Assembly (NCBI RefSeq): GCF_016433145.1
Contig: NC_058135.1
Span: 227,010,483 to 227,074,482 of the forward strand
Source of the DNA: Gracilinanus agilis
Lineage: Eukaryota
Length of the DNA stretch: 64,000 nt
Direction: 5' to 3'
The notes beneath the pieces were generated by a model. The model did no database searches. It had not been told where the DNA came from and worked only from the letters and a program-made list of their open reading frames with translations. This document shows positions 37,659-50,741 of the stretch, piece after piece. The position numbers and the translations under genes were made by a program. Position 1 is the stretch's first letter. Each line of letters opens with the position of its first letter.

Positions 37659-38399
37659 TGTTGATGGACCCCTTTCTCTCTAACAGTTGCCCAAGAAAGA
37701 CCCTTGAGAAGTTAGATAGAGGGGTAACCTTTCCAGGTCCAACCTGGGGTTGGATAGATTATTATTGGGCTGTTGATTTGCCTTGGATGATGTTTGGTAT
37801 CTGACTGCGTTTGCCTCCCTCCCCAAAGGTTGTGATATAAGGACCACTCAGGAAGGTACTTGTTGAACTCTTTCTATAATCAGGGAAAGGATAAATAGGA
37901 CAAGGATTGGGGATTGGAGACCCTATCAGTCTATTATCTATAAACTAGTTGACAATCAGGACTGGAGGCTATCAGGTGGAAGCTGGAGATTTACTCTCTC
38001 TACTACCTCTGGCCCAGCCTGGCCACAGCCAAGCCAGAGAATAGGGGAGCTATTGATGCAGCTGTGTTGGTGATCTTATTCTCTCAGCTTTCTCACCACC
38101 AGTGTTTGGTGATGTACTAGCTCTCACAGTCTTTCAGGAAATAACTTCAGATTCTTCCTACTCTCTTCTTCATAGACCTCCCTGCCTCCCTTCACCACCC
38201 ACTCAGAGATTTCTCAGTCCAGAGACTCCTCCAGAGACCCCAGAGAGACTTCCCTCAAAGTGGCTGTTGGGTATTTATACTGAGGGGCCAACCAATGTTT
38301 GCCCCTGGCTCACGGCACCTGGGAATATTCTGAGTCTTCCAGTTGCCTTCCCTGTCATTCAAGGTGGCATCCATCATTTCCCAGATTATGAATATAACA
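37659..38399 (-). mobile_element. LTR, family X copy A
   Basis: TG/CA ends; homologous to copies B-D; TATAAATACC on minus. Confidence 0.65.
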
Positions 38400-38884
38400 G
38401 TCTCGATGTGTATTATCTTGGGTCCTGCCACTCTTTCGTAGTTCCTGAGCGTTGTATTCTTCAAGTACCTTAGGAGTAGCTCTGACAAACAAGCTGCAGA
38501 CTTTAATATCCCAGGATAAGAGGACAATGATCTGACCCAAGGGAGCACTCTGAACTCTACCTGCCTAGGCTGAGCTTTGCAGGATCCTGACACCAGTCCA
38601 GGTGCAGAGGGATCCAGTTGCATGACTCAGACTTCCATAGCTAGACCCTCATCCATATATAGTAGAATGTTATACTCCTGGATTATGCTTTTCTGACTGG
38701 ACTGCTTTCCTAGTACCTTCTGGTTGGCTCTTTTTTGTGGACTTGGGATGGAAAAAATACATTTAGTATATTTTGTCTTAAATTTCTTGATCATCATTTG
38801 GTCTTATGCTCTTTTTTTCACCCTTGCTAGAATTGTGAGAGCTCCTTACCACTTTGCCATATTAACTGTTCTATTAGTTTTGTT

Positions 38885-39067
38885 TTGCTTTAAAAAACTC
38901 TTATCATATGTCTCAGAATTGATACTAAATATCAGTTCAGTAAGGGCTGAGCAATGGGGGTTAAGTGATTTGACCAAAGTCACACAGCTAGAATGTGTCT
39001 GAGGCTAGATTTGAACCAGACCCTTCCATCTCCAGGCCTGACTCCATCCATTCAGCCACCTAGCTGC
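38885..39067 (-). mobile_element. Marsupial SINE, diverged
   Basis: Reverse complement of SINE head and tail. Confidence 0.7.
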
Positions 39068-41114
39068 ATCAGTTGTTATCAGTTCTTCCCACTTAAAAAA
39101 TCTAGTCTGTTTTTCTCTACCCTTTCCTCAAATATATCATGAATGATTTTTTCAAATGCCTGCGTACTATGGCTTTATACTTTTTAAATTGTTTTTCTTT
39201 TACTAATTTTTTTCATTTTTCCCCTAAAGTTTTTATTTAAAGACAAATAAACAAAAAAAGAATAAAAAAGAAAAACCTCCATCAGAAATTTAGAAATGAA
39301 GAATTTGGGAGAGGAAGAATTTGATCAAAGGTCACCCTCCTGGCCCCCTGACCTCTGCCTATGATAGAACACAGGGAGAAGCTTCTCTGTTGTCTCAGTG
39401 CCCTCTGAAATCCTAGGGAGGAATCTGGGGACAGAAAGATTCAGTGGAAGGGAAGCTGAATTCAGAGTTAAAGGAGCCAGGTTGGAATCTTGGCTCTAGG
39501 TCCTAGCTATAAAATGAAGGGGTTGTACAACATGGCTTTGAAAACCCCTTCTAGCTCAAAACTTAAGACTACCTACCAACCTTGTAATTCTGTCAGCAAA
39601 AGGGAATGACACTAATTGAGTCTGGCCTCTTGAACTCACGTTATCTCTTAGTGATCATTGGTTTTCCCCTTCAAACATGCTCTGTGGGGTGGGATGGGGG
39701 TGGGGCCTAGCAGTCCATCTCTAAAAGGTTCCCCATCAGTGGCGAAAGAACAGAACAACAATCATAGCTCAACCAGCTGGATGAAGATCCAGAAACACAG
39801 AGACAGGACAGACCAGATTCCCTAGAGAAGGGCTTTTACATGAACATAATATAATGTACCAGGGGTTGAGGACCCAAAGCCTAGATAAGCAAGGCCTTTT
39901 CCTTTGTGGTAGTGTGAGCAATGTGGTCCAAGCCCAGGACCACGATGGAACCTCTGGAGGACAAACATCATCTTAAATTTTCATGGGTTCAGGCACAAGC
40001 TATTGAATGTTTTTGTCAGATTATATAAAGCGTGTCCTGTATTATATGGTAGCTAAACTCCACATTTAGTCATTTTGGTTTACAAAGTGAGCTTCACTTT
40101 GGGTCAAGCAGTATAAAACACACCATCAAATCACCTGAGAAATTTTGATTGATGGGAGGGAAAGATTCTGGTACATAACACCCCATGAGCAGAAACCAGA
40201 AGATACTAGAGAGATTGCCAGGTTGGTGGGGAACAGAGATGGAGCAGGACAGGGCAAGAGTAGGGAAAAGCTCACTCAGAGTGTGATTTCTTGGGGACTG
40301 GAGGGAAGAAAGGGGGCTACTCAGTAGCTTCCTGGTTTAACTGTGCTTGCTAACTTTGGGTTAAATTAAACCAGTTTCTGCAAAAGATGTGTAAATAATA
40401 TCAGACTGCCCTAAATAGTAGTACTCTGGAGCAAAGCCTAAATGTCTCAATCCTAGTTAGGGAATAACTCTGGAGTAGCCTGAATCCTTGCATGTAAGTT
40501 GAAGAGCCTTTTCCATGAGGCCCAGACACAAGTCAAATGCTCTTGTTCCTAGGGAAGACCTTAAGTGAGGGCAAAATAAACCCCAAAAAGAGATGTTTAG
40601 TGAAAAGATTGTATGCCATCTGTATAACTCAGGAGCAATATGGCTTGGGGCGATCTGTTACAACTTCATTTAAAGGTAGTTATAAACCCTTTCCCAAAGC
40701 CCCTTGGTATGGGATTCCCTCTTTATGGGTGGAAATGAAGGTTTGGCTCTGATCTGCTCAAGACTTGAGAGTTTCATTTCCCTTTGAGTCTTTATGGGAT
40801 TCTCCAAGCTAGAGTCCCCTTTGGGGACTCACCAAGCTTTGAGTCTTCTCTAATCTTCAAACACTGAGTCACTTCAAGTGCTCCTGGCTTCCAGCTTCAA
40901 GAGAGAACATGGAAGATTTCAATCCCATTTCAGGTTGCTAAAGGAAAAGGTTATGAGAAGACAGGGAAGGAGAAGGCAGTCTCCAACATGTCCCTATATC
41001 TAGCTTGCTACACTAGAGATTGGGGAGTTTCTCCTTGTGTGAGAACTAAAACTCTCTCTTTGTTGAGCTGTTATCTCACTCCCAGTGGGAGTGCTCCTTT
41101 CCTCTGTATTATCT

Positions 41115-41116
<2 letters not shown>

Positions 41117-41162
<46 letters not shown>
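41117..41162. repeat. (TG)n microsatellite
   Basis: Read directly. Confidence 0.95.
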
Positions 41163-41165
<3 letters not shown>

Positions 41166-41367
41166 CTGCCTATATATTTGCCTTCTTTGATTTGTTTTGC
41201 TGCTGATTTGGATAAATGGGTTTCTTTGCTATTTGCTATGTGTGTTCATTGTAAAACTGATATCAAATAGGGAAAAGTTCAAGCCTTTAATATAGCTTAA
41301 GGTCTCTTTCCCCACAAAATGATAAGGTAATCAGAAGTTAGACAGAAACCAATCATATCCCTTAAAC

Positions 41368-41561
41368 CAGTGATTCCCAAAGTGGGCACCACCGCCCCCT
41401 GGTGGGTGTTGCAGCGATCCAGGAGAGCAGTGATGGCCACAGGTGCATTTATCTTTCCTTTTAATTGCTATTAAATTTTTTTAAAAATTAATTTCCAGGG
41501 AGCTAAGTAATATTTTTTTCTGGAAAGGGGGCCGTAGGCCAAAAAAGTTTGGGAACTACTG
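41368..41561. mobile_element. hAT-type MITE, 8-bp TSD CCTTAAAC
   Basis: TIRs CAGTGATTCCCAAA / TTTGGGAACTACTG. Confidence 0.88.
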
Positions 41562-42237
41562 CCTTAAACAAACACTATTTAAAGGAGCAGATAGCTTTAA
41601 CTCTAGCCCAGTATCCTCTCTCTTTCTGGACAATGGAGTGGCATTGGCCCCAGCCTCCTGCTTTCTCTCCAAGCAGGAATGAAAATATCCCTTAGAGAAG
41701 AAGGTATGGTGGAAAAGAGGCTAGAAATGTCTGTGTAGCCTTTGAGCCGCACATAAGGGCAGTGTCCTTCCCAACATGGGGACCTTCACTACCCATGTGA
41801 GTACCACCACTATCACCCTTTCTAGCCTTCTAGTGATATACAGCAGGCTTTAAATCCAGATCCTCTAAGTTCTGAGATTTTTCTGCTGAGATAGTTCTAC
41901 AGTCTTAACAAAACAACTCTTTGAATGGAGGCAATGTCTCTGAACTCCATCTAAGGAGCTGCTATTGTTTCTACAATGTCTTCTAGGCTTTAGAGTCCCC
42001 TCAGGAAAATAGTAGGGGTGTATGTGTTGGGGGCAGAATTAAGAGTTTCTTTGGATGAGAGCATCTATCCCAGTAAAGAAGCAGCATTGAATAGTGGGAA
42101 GAGCATTGAATTTGCAATCAGGAAATCTGGGTTCAAGTCCAAGCTTTTACACTTATTGACTATGGAATCCTGAGTAAGTCACTTTCCATATCTAGAGTAC
42201 TAGAGTAAGAAGAGTTCTTCTTTTTCTTTTACCTCAG

Positions 42238-42426
42238 AGGGCTTGCACCGAGCAGGCTCAGCCAGAGTGGTGAATGTGACCTCTTTTCGACAGCAGTATG
42301 GGTTTGTGGATGAACAGCACCTGGTAGGGGCTGGGCACCACCTTACTTCATCCAGTTCATATGACTGTTCCAAACTCATGTTGATATCCTTCACTGTGGA
42401 GCTTGCTCGGAGACTTCAAGGGACAG
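42238..42426 (+). CDS. SDR exon 4 (catalytic: RVVNVTS...YDCSK)
   Basis: CAG/GTAAT, 189 nt; catalytic Ser and YxxxK intact. Confidence 0.93.
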
Positions 42427-42467
42427 GTAATTACTCCTACCCCCATACCAACTATAGAGTTTTAGGG

Positions 42468-42662
42468 TTTTTTTAAACCCTTACCACTTTCCATCTTAGA
42501 ATCATTATTATGTATTGGTTCTAAGGCGGAAGAGTGGTAAGGGCTAAGCAGTCGGGGTAAGTGACTTGCCCAGAGTCACACAGCTAGGAAGTTTCTGAGG
42601 TCACATTTGAACCCAGGACTTCCTGTCTCTGGGCCTGGCTCTCAATCTATTAAGCCACCCAA
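42468..42662 (-). mobile_element. Marsupial SINE1
   Basis: Reverse complement of SINE consensus. Confidence 0.8.
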
Positions 42663-43174
42663 AGTCCTTTTATACCTCCTCAACCATAGCTTCAACCTCT
42701 CTCCTAGCTCCTCCCTCTTACATTACTCCTATAATTATGTCCACCTTTCCCTTAAATGGTCCTTTGATAGCTCCTCAATCTTAGATCCCATCATCTTTCC
42801 TTGCTCTACTACTATACTGAATCCACAGTTCCCTCCATTCCAAATGTTTTGCTCTCTTGCCATAGCCTTCCGCAGCCACATACATTACTATGTCTTCATG
42901 TCCCCTAGTTCTATTCTTCATAATGAACTCCATATTACATATGTGTAGTGTGTAGAATGGATTAGAGTAAGGGAAAACTAGAAAGTAGAGAACCACTAAT
43001 AACATTTGCCTTCTAGAACTCTACAGTCTAATACAAGGGTAATGTGAGGGGCACCCAAAACCACCCTTAATTGCTTGTTAAGGAAGTTGCCTGGAGGAGA
43101 TAGTCCTGAACTTGGAAAAGAAAGGAATAAACCCTTAGACATATTGCCTCTGGGCTTAGGGATGGTCCTTTTTA

Positions 43175-43250
43175 TCTTTTATTTATTTATTTGTTTATTT
43201 ATTCATTCATTCATCCATCCATCCATTTATTTATTCAATTTATTTATTTA
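43175..43250. repeat. Compound (TTTA)/(TTCA)/(TCCA) tetranucleotide tract
   Basis: Read directly; probable SINE tail. Confidence 0.8.
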
Positions 43251-43437
43251 GGTCCTTACTTTTCCTCTTAGAATCCATACTGTATATTGGTTCTGAGGCA
43301 GAAGTACCAGCCAGGCAATAGAGGCTAAGTGACTTGCCCAGGATTACACAGCTAGGGAATTTCTGAGGCTAGATTTGAACCTAGGACCTCCCATCTTTAG
43401 GCCTGACCCTCAATCTACTGAGCCACCCAACTTGCCC
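43251..43437 (-). mobile_element. Marsupial SINE1
   Basis: Reverse complement of SINE consensus. Confidence 0.75.
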
Positions 43438-44516
43438 TTGGGGATGATCTTTTTTAAATTTAAAAATTTGCATTCATATTATTTTATATCACCTTAATTT
43501 CCCAATATTTTCTCTTCTTCCCATAGTGATCCATTGTAACAAAGAAAAAATAGAATAAAGATCTAGTTCTACAAAATTAACAAACAACTGAAATCCCACA
43601 TTATAGCTCCATCTCCAAGGCCCCCCACTTTTTATTTTATATACTTGGGGGCAAACTAAATAATAATAGCTAACATTTATACAGCACCGACTATGTGCCA
43701 GGCACAGTGCTAAGTGCTTTACAGTTATTGTCTCATTTAATGCTCACAACACTAGGAGGTAGTCACTATTTTTATTACTATTTAACAGTGAGGAAACTAA
43801 GGCAGAGTTATGGTCATAACTTCACAGCATTCAGTTTCCAATTTTTCTTTTTGTTCTTTCCATTTACATTGCCATCCTATATTTTTGTTTTTTTAGTTCT
43901 GCTTACTTTACTTTGCATCCATGTATATCTCTTCCAATGTTTCTCGGTATTCTTCATACTCAACATTTCTTGTAGTACAGTAAATTTTCCATTCCTTTCA
44001 TGTATCCCATCTTGTTTAGCCATTGCTCAAATGATGGGCATTTACTTTGTTTCTAGTCCTTTGTCACCTAGAAACAAAGTAAATGCTATCATAAAGAGAT
44101 ATTATAAATATGTTATTTATATAACCGTTCTGTGTGAAGGATTCCTCTTTCAGGGTACCAGAGGGTCAGCAACTGAATTTAAAAATCACAGGGCGAGTTT
44201 CCCAACCTCCTTCTACTCTGTGATAGAATTCCACGAGCATGCTGCTCAGGGTCAAACATGCACAGTGTTAAAAGAACTAAAGAGGAGAAATCTTTGTATA
44301 TATCCTCTCTTACTCTTACTATCTCCCTATAGATCTTCCTTCTAGATAGTAGAGGATGGCTGGTGTGTAGATCTTAGGGATAGTACAGATGAAGGAGGAA
44401 TCAGAGCCCAAGGCCTAAGCCTACTGCAGTTGGTGAAGGAGGAACCCCACTCCTCTCATACTAGCTGTTGCTGCAATTTATCCCTTTTCTCCCTGACAGG
44501 TTTAATTGGCTAAACC

Positions 44517-45592
44517 TGTCAGTGACTTCTTTCTAACATTTGCTCAGGTTGGGACCTCTTGAGAGGTTAGGTAGATGATTAACTTCTCTAGGCCCAACCA
44601 GAGGTTGGATTAATTGTTAATGGGCTATTGATTGGCTTTGGAAGCGATTGAGACCTGACTTCATTCTTATTGATTCTCCCCTTCTCAAGGGCTGTGATGG
44701 AATAACCACTCAGAAAGGTACTTGTTGAATCACGATATTATCTATTGATGGAGAAAGGATAACAAGGTAATAGGTTTGGGGATTGGGAACCTTATTGCTG
44801 TAGTTTGGCTACTAAAGTAATTGTTGATCAGGACTGGAGACTGCTAGGCTGGTAGAGGCTTGAGGTCTTCACCCTCTTGCTATCTCTGACCTGACCTGGC
44901 CACAGCAAAGCCAGAGAATAGGGAAGGCTATTGATTAGATGTGGATTGATGATCTGTGTATTCTCTCAGCTCTACTACCAATAGTATTGATGGATCACTC
45001 GCTCTCAGTCAAGCACAGGATACAGGTTTAGGTTCAGGATTACCCTTCTTCTTCTTCTACCACCCTTCAACCATCACCTCCCTCTGTCCCAGTTCTTGCT
45101 CCAAGAGATGTTTGCTCCAATCTCATCTCTGAGTTCTGAGACCTCCCAACTGTAATTCCTATGGGGTATTTATAGGCTAAGGACGGTCCCCTAGCCCGGA
45201 TGAAAAAGGAGGAGGGTTGGGCGTGAGGCTAGCAACCCCACCCTGTAAAAACTACATCTGCTAAAGAAACTGCAACCTAAAGTAGGGGCAGCTGGGCTAG
45301 CTCAGTGGATTGAGAGCCAGGCCTAGAGACGAAAGGTCCTAGGTTCAAATCCGGGCTCAGACACTTCCCAGCTGGGTGACCCTGAGCGACCCATTGCCTA
45401 CTGGTTGTGGCCTATGCTCCTAGAATGGAGTCCCAGGATAAAAAAAAATAAAAAATAAAAAAAATTTATAGGGTGGGGTCAACTGACATTTGCTCCTGGC
45501 TTATGGCACCTGGAAACATTCAGAATCTCTCAATTGTCATCCCTGTAATCAAGGTGGCATCCAATTTATCCCAGATAATGACTTTATCAACA
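44517..45592 (-). mobile_element. LTR, family X copy B, interrupted by a composite SINE
   Basis: Homologous to copies A, C, D; boundaries approximate. Confidence 0.6.
45177..45463 (+). mobile_element. Composite SINE (RTE-like 5' part + SINE1 head + different tail), TSD ATTTATAGG
   Basis: TSD 45168-45176 and 45464-45472; SINE head begins near 45284. Confidence 0.75.
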
Positions 45593-46161
45593 GAGAATCT
45601 TACTTTAATTATGGACACAGCACACATTATGATTATTTCTTGATTATTCTTAGGATTATTATGTCTTATACAGTTATTTAATCAATCTAATAATTGGGGC
45701 TATCTTTTACTATGACTCACAGTTACAGAGTATCAAACAGTTATAAAGGAATCCTTAACACTAAGATAAGTGATTAAAAGTTACTTCATCTTAGAGCCCT
45801 TACCACTTTTCTGCCTTGGAATCTTAGTATCAATTCTAAGACAGAAGGTAAGGTTTTAAAAAATACATAAATAAATTAATAAGCTTCCTGTCTGTATTGG
45901 AGCACAAGACAGCTGCCTCTGGGAGGTCTCCCTTCCACCTTGTCAGGTTCATTCCTTGCTTCTGTCCTTCTCTCTTAAATTACTCTTCTTTCGCCTAAAT
46001 CCTCCACCAATCAGGATTCACATCCTATATTTAACATCACAGCTCTCTCTTGAGCCCAAGCCTGGGGAAGCCAAGCCTTAGAAAAAGAGAGATACAGAGT
46101 TTGGGAGCAGGAGTTTGTAGTCCTCCCCTTGAGGGGAATCACTTGACCTCTCCTGGCCCCT

Positions 46162-46405
46162 GGGCAGCTAGGTGGCACAGTGGATAGAGGTCTGGACCTG
46201 GTGTCCAGAAGACTCATCTTCCTGAGTTTGAATCTGGCCTCAGATACTAGCTGTGTGACTCTGGGCAAGACACTTCATCCTGTTTGCCTCAGTTTCCTCA
46301 TCTATAAAATAAACCAAAGAAGGAAATGCAAAACCAATCCAGTATCTCTGCTAAGAAAACCCCAGATGGGGTCGTGAAGAATTGGCCATGACTAAATAAC
46401 AACAA
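46162..46405 (+). mobile_element. MAR1-type CORE-SINE
   Basis: tRNA head, CORE, RTE/Bov-B-like tail AAGGAAATGCAAAACCAATCCAGTATC. Confidence 0.75.
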
Positions 46406-46545
46406 ACATTGGTAACAGGACTTTTCTTACCCTCTAGTACCCTTTACTAATGAAATCACAAATCCCTATTCTTCTCTCTAAATTCGTGTTTTTTGTTGTT
46501 TAGTATTTTAAACCATAAAACCTGTGATTTAAAACTTTATATCCT

Positions 46546-46745
46546 GGGGGCAGCTGGGTGGCTCAGTGAATTGGGAGTCAAGCCCGGAGATGGGAGGTCC
46601 TGGTTCAAATCTGGCCTGAGACACTTCCTAGGTGTACGACCTTGGGCAAGTCTTAACCCCCATTGCCTAGCCCTTACCACTTTTCTACCTTAGATCCAAT
46701 ACCCAGTATTGATTCCAAGATGGAAGGTAAGGGTTTAAAAAAAAA
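46546..46745 (+). mobile_element. Marsupial SINE1
   Basis: Full head-to-tail match. Confidence 0.8.
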
Positions 46746-47290
46746 TTTACACCCTTTGACTACATCAAATGAACAGTGGGGGGAGAGGGGAAAAATGGTA
46801 TACATAAATCTCTCTCCCTTATCCAGAAATTCTCTAATTCTGTGAAAACAAAGAAAAATCTCAGAGAAGCCCCAAAATGTGTAAGAGACAAAAGTGCTGT
46901 AAATTCAGATTAAAGATATTTTCAACTGGAGGGAATTAAGAAAAGCTTCATAGAGGAGTTGTCACCCTACATGACAGTTGTTAAAATGTCAAAAGGTCTG
47001 GGAGAGGAGGGAGAGAGAATTCCAGGCACAGGGAACAGTAGAAGATTCTTATTTTGACTAGAGTTGGTTTGGGCTGGAGGTTAAGTGAAAAGGAGTAGAC
47101 TGAGGTGAATCGTGAAAAGTAGGTTTGAACTAAATCATGGGAGGCTTTGAATGCCAGGGAAAGAAGTTGGGGCTTCATTCAGTAAGGGGCTAGCTCCATA
47201 ACTTTCCTTCCCCAACCTCCATTATTATAACACCTTCTTAAATCTTCCCTCCACCTCACATAGACTCATATTTTACCATCTGTACCTCAG

Positions 47291-47397
47291 GTGTGACATC
47301 CAATTCGGTGGAACCAGGGATTGTGAAAACAGAGATTATGAAGAATTACCACTGGTTGTTTCGCCTCATCTTCTGGTTCTTGAGTATCTTCTTTAGG
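47291..47397 (+). CDS. SDR exon 5 (GVTSNSVEPGIVKTEI...IFFR)
   Basis: CAG/GTGAG, 107 nt; PGxVxT motif. Confidence 0.92.
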
Positions 47398-47854
47398 GTG
47401 AGAAGATATTAGAAAGAGTATTCTTTTTCTCTTTCATGTCCTCCTTGATGATTTAGAAGGTGGTGGTCTCTGTACCCTCCCCTACCATCACCCCTCTCCC
47501 TTAGATCCTAGAGCCTCTGTGTTTGACTCCTAGAATCATAACCATATTTAGATAATAATTCTCTGTGATCTATTTATTTTCCCTATTTTTATTATTATCC
47601 CTATTTATTTTATAGAAGGGAAAAAGCAAGACTCAGAGAATGGCAACAGCTTTGCCTAAATCTCATAGCTTGTGTTAGAGCTGAGACTGTTATCCAGGAC
47701 TCCTTACTCCAAGATCAATCGGCTCTTTCTATTATGGATTAGAAGAAACTGGCTTTTCCCCTCACCTCACCTTACACCACGTGTCCCTGCATCCCTTGAG
47801 ATGGGTGTGACCCTCATGTTCTGACCCTTCTTTCTTCCTTTGCTGTCACCCAAG

Positions 47855-48052
47855 ACCCCTGAACAGGGGGCTGTTCCTGTCCTGTACCTGTGTATAGCGG
47901 AAGAACTGGATGGCATTTCAGGAAAATTTTTTAATTCCAAATGTATGCTGGCGTTGCCTGCTAAGCCTGCCCAGGACTCTCAAGTGACTCACAGCCTCTG
48001 GAATACCTCAGCCAGACTAACCAATCTAGAGAAATGGACCAAGAAAGAATGA
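47855..48052 (+). CDS. SDR exon 6 (TPEQGAVPVLYL...SGKFF...LWNTS...KKE*)
   Basis: AAG acceptor, TGA stop; six exons sum to 1020 nt = 339 aa; AATAAA at 48234. Confidence 0.9.
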   Translation, partial: TPEQGAVPVLYLCIAEELDGISGKFFNSKCMLALPAKPAQDSQVTHSLWNTSARLTNLEKWTKKE

Positions 48053-50741
48053 CTCTTCAAAGATCAAATGATCCCTGCCTCCCATCATTCTCATTCTCAC
48101 TGTAGTGACCTGATGTGACTTGTGCCTCATCACTGAACTACTCAGAAGACTTTTAAACTTTCATTTGGTCTTAGCTAACTGAAAAGGCTGAGACTCTGCT
48201 TATTGGAAAATTTGTGCCTTCTCAACATTTGTCAATAAATAGATGATGCCTTACGATTTTTCAGTTGTTTAGGTTTATGGTTGGGGGTTTTGGTTTTATA
48301 AGATTACTCACATGTATAGCCCAGATTGAATCACCTAACAGTACCACAAGGGAAGAGAGAAGAGAAGGAGGGAGGGATCTAAGTTTGATCATATAATTTA
48401 GGAAAACTTTTGTGGAAATTGTTATAACAAGTAATTGGTAATAAATAAAATACATTTAAAAATGGATGATGGTTGGCATTTTGTGCCTCAGTTTACCTTG
48501 ATTTCAATCTTAACATTTTGGCAATAGTGAAGGGACTAGGGGAGGGAGGCTGGTTCTTGGAGCAACCTCTTATGGGGCCCCCCAGAGTACTCAGGTGGAC
48601 TTTTCACTGTGGGAATTTTTCTCCAGACTATTGCATCAAAGACCTGATTCTCCCCTCAGTCTCAACTCTTCTGAACTGTACCGTGGTAATTAGAGTGAGA
48701 ATGTGACCTATGACTCCATGGAGAATATAAACTATCTCAAGTAACTGTAAATAGCAAAAGAAACTGCAATTATTCCATCAGGGAGTGAAGGGGTAAAAAA
48801 CTCCCACAGGTCTAGGAAATCTCGGTGGTGGGACAGCATTGGTGACATGACTGAGATGAATGATAGTAATTGGGTTTTCAGCCAGAGCCAGGCATCATAA
48901 AGATTGCTCTGGTCAGCTTTTGGGCTGTGTTTATTTTATACATGTTCAGGTCACACATAAAGTTGGCATGGAAATCCATTCTCACCATCCATCTTTTTCT
49001 TAGAGACAATGTGTTTGATGTATAGTGGTGGGAAAGTACAGGATTTTTCATGGGAGACAATTTCTTCATATTTCATTTATTGTTCTTTTATGTTAGCTTA
49101 TTGTACCAAATCAGGGAGGGGTGGAGGGAAACTTAGAAACTATTCTGGCCTGTTTTTTGCAGGCACCTGTGTATGGGAATCTGAGTCAGAGTTTTAAAAT
49201 CCTTAACATTAACTTACTATATGCTGGTTTGTTGTGAAGTGATTTCTGTGGAAGTTTCTGTATTATAACATATAAATGTGGGGTTTACTTAGGGGTTTGT
49301 GGGAGGTCTATGGGTGGCCTTGCTATTAGCCTGTATTGTTTTTCTGTGTTTCCCTGGGGCTGAGTAAGGATATTGATTTCAATAATTTCAGTAAAAGGGA
49401 ATGTTAGTGAGGAAAGAGTCACATTGGGGAAACTGAGTTAAACAACCATCCTTTTGACACCTGCCATGCCGGTTTCAGAACTAGTGATGAGCTGTGCTCA
49501 ATGACATGATCTTGATGGCTTCCCACAAGGAAGGACAACATGATTTTATGAAACTACAAATTTACCTTTGTTCCTGCCAACCTGTCTATAAGAAACTCCC
49601 TTAATGACTCTTGTCTCAGACTGAACCATAAACCCTCAAGCACCCCTTTACTTTAGAAATTAGATTACTTTAGAAAGGACTGGCAGATATAATCAAGTCT
49701 TAAGTAGCTTTTTTTGTTTTCTCAGTTTCTCTTGTATTCAGGCTACTCTCAGGTACCCTAGCCTTTGGTTATTTCATCTAGGCCTCTCCCAGGCAGTTTA
49801 GACTGTGACTAGTGCAGGTCCCAAGTGAGTGACAGGGAATAAGCTCTCCTCCAAAATCTCTATAAGCACCCTGCATTGTGTCACTACAGAAACAGTGGAA
49901 ATCCCAGGACTGAGCTTCTATGCGTCTTCCCAGATTTATCTTTCTACCTTGATTAAAGACATTTATCATAAATACTTTGGTAGTTCTATTTTTTTTTAAG
50001 GTTGATATATCTGGAAGGTTATCTGGGATTTTGAAGCTGCTTGTTGAAATGACCTTTGGATGTGTGGCAGGTAGGGTTTCTTTTCTGTTCCAGTTCAGGT
50101 TCAACACAACAGGTCAGCTTAGCCAAGTGATCTTTGGAAATCTGAACTCAGAAATCCATTTAGCTGGAGTTCTGGTTGGCTCATTAATCAGAGACTGGGT
50201 AAAGACCCATGGGAAATTTCAGAGTCCATTGGGACAGGTCCTGCTGAGGAGACCTGTTATATTTTTAGACTACGGACCATGTGGCAAGCCTGACTCCTGC
50301 ATCAATCCCTGGGCTCTTTGGGGAGCACATGTGGCCACTCTGACAGGCCCTCTGACCTCACAGGGTGGCTGCCAGGAGAAATGTTTTTTTCATTTGTGTT
50401 TGAGTTGCCATTTTTTATGATAAGCATGCCTATGTTCATCTAAATGTGTTTGAGTAAAGTAAGACGTGTGTCTCTCCTCATCCTTATCCTATGTGAGAAG
50501 CAAGAGATGGGATGGTGTGGTACCCATGAGAGAGGCAAAGAGCAGTAAGAAAAAATGTGTTTTAAAATTAAATTAAATTAAAGCTGGCTGAAGCTTTGAA
50601 TAGAAGTTGACCGTGTTATAAAGAAATATGGTATACTTCTACTCCTAGGGGATATATGGATATTGGTGAGGGAAGCTGTGTCTCTGTATTCCCCTAAGTT
50701 GCTGGTGATTGGAGAACACCAATCCAATCACCTTTGCTTGA

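Noticed and set aside
40390-41315. Possible further LTR in SDR intron 3
   Set aside because: LTR-like composition but no consistent termini or TSD found.
43695-44345. 216-aa plus ORF in SDR intron 4
   Set aside because: Runs through MIR- and L1-like debris; Phe/Leu-rich composition comes from T-rich sequence.
44493-44522. 11-bp inverted repeat CTGACAGGTTT/AAACCTGTCAG
   Set aside because: Short, at an LTR edge; no independent evidence of function.
49778-50420. ORFs possibly from ERV gag/env
   Set aside because: No diagnostic motifs (MHR, zinc knuckle, YxDD, immunosuppressive domain) could be read.
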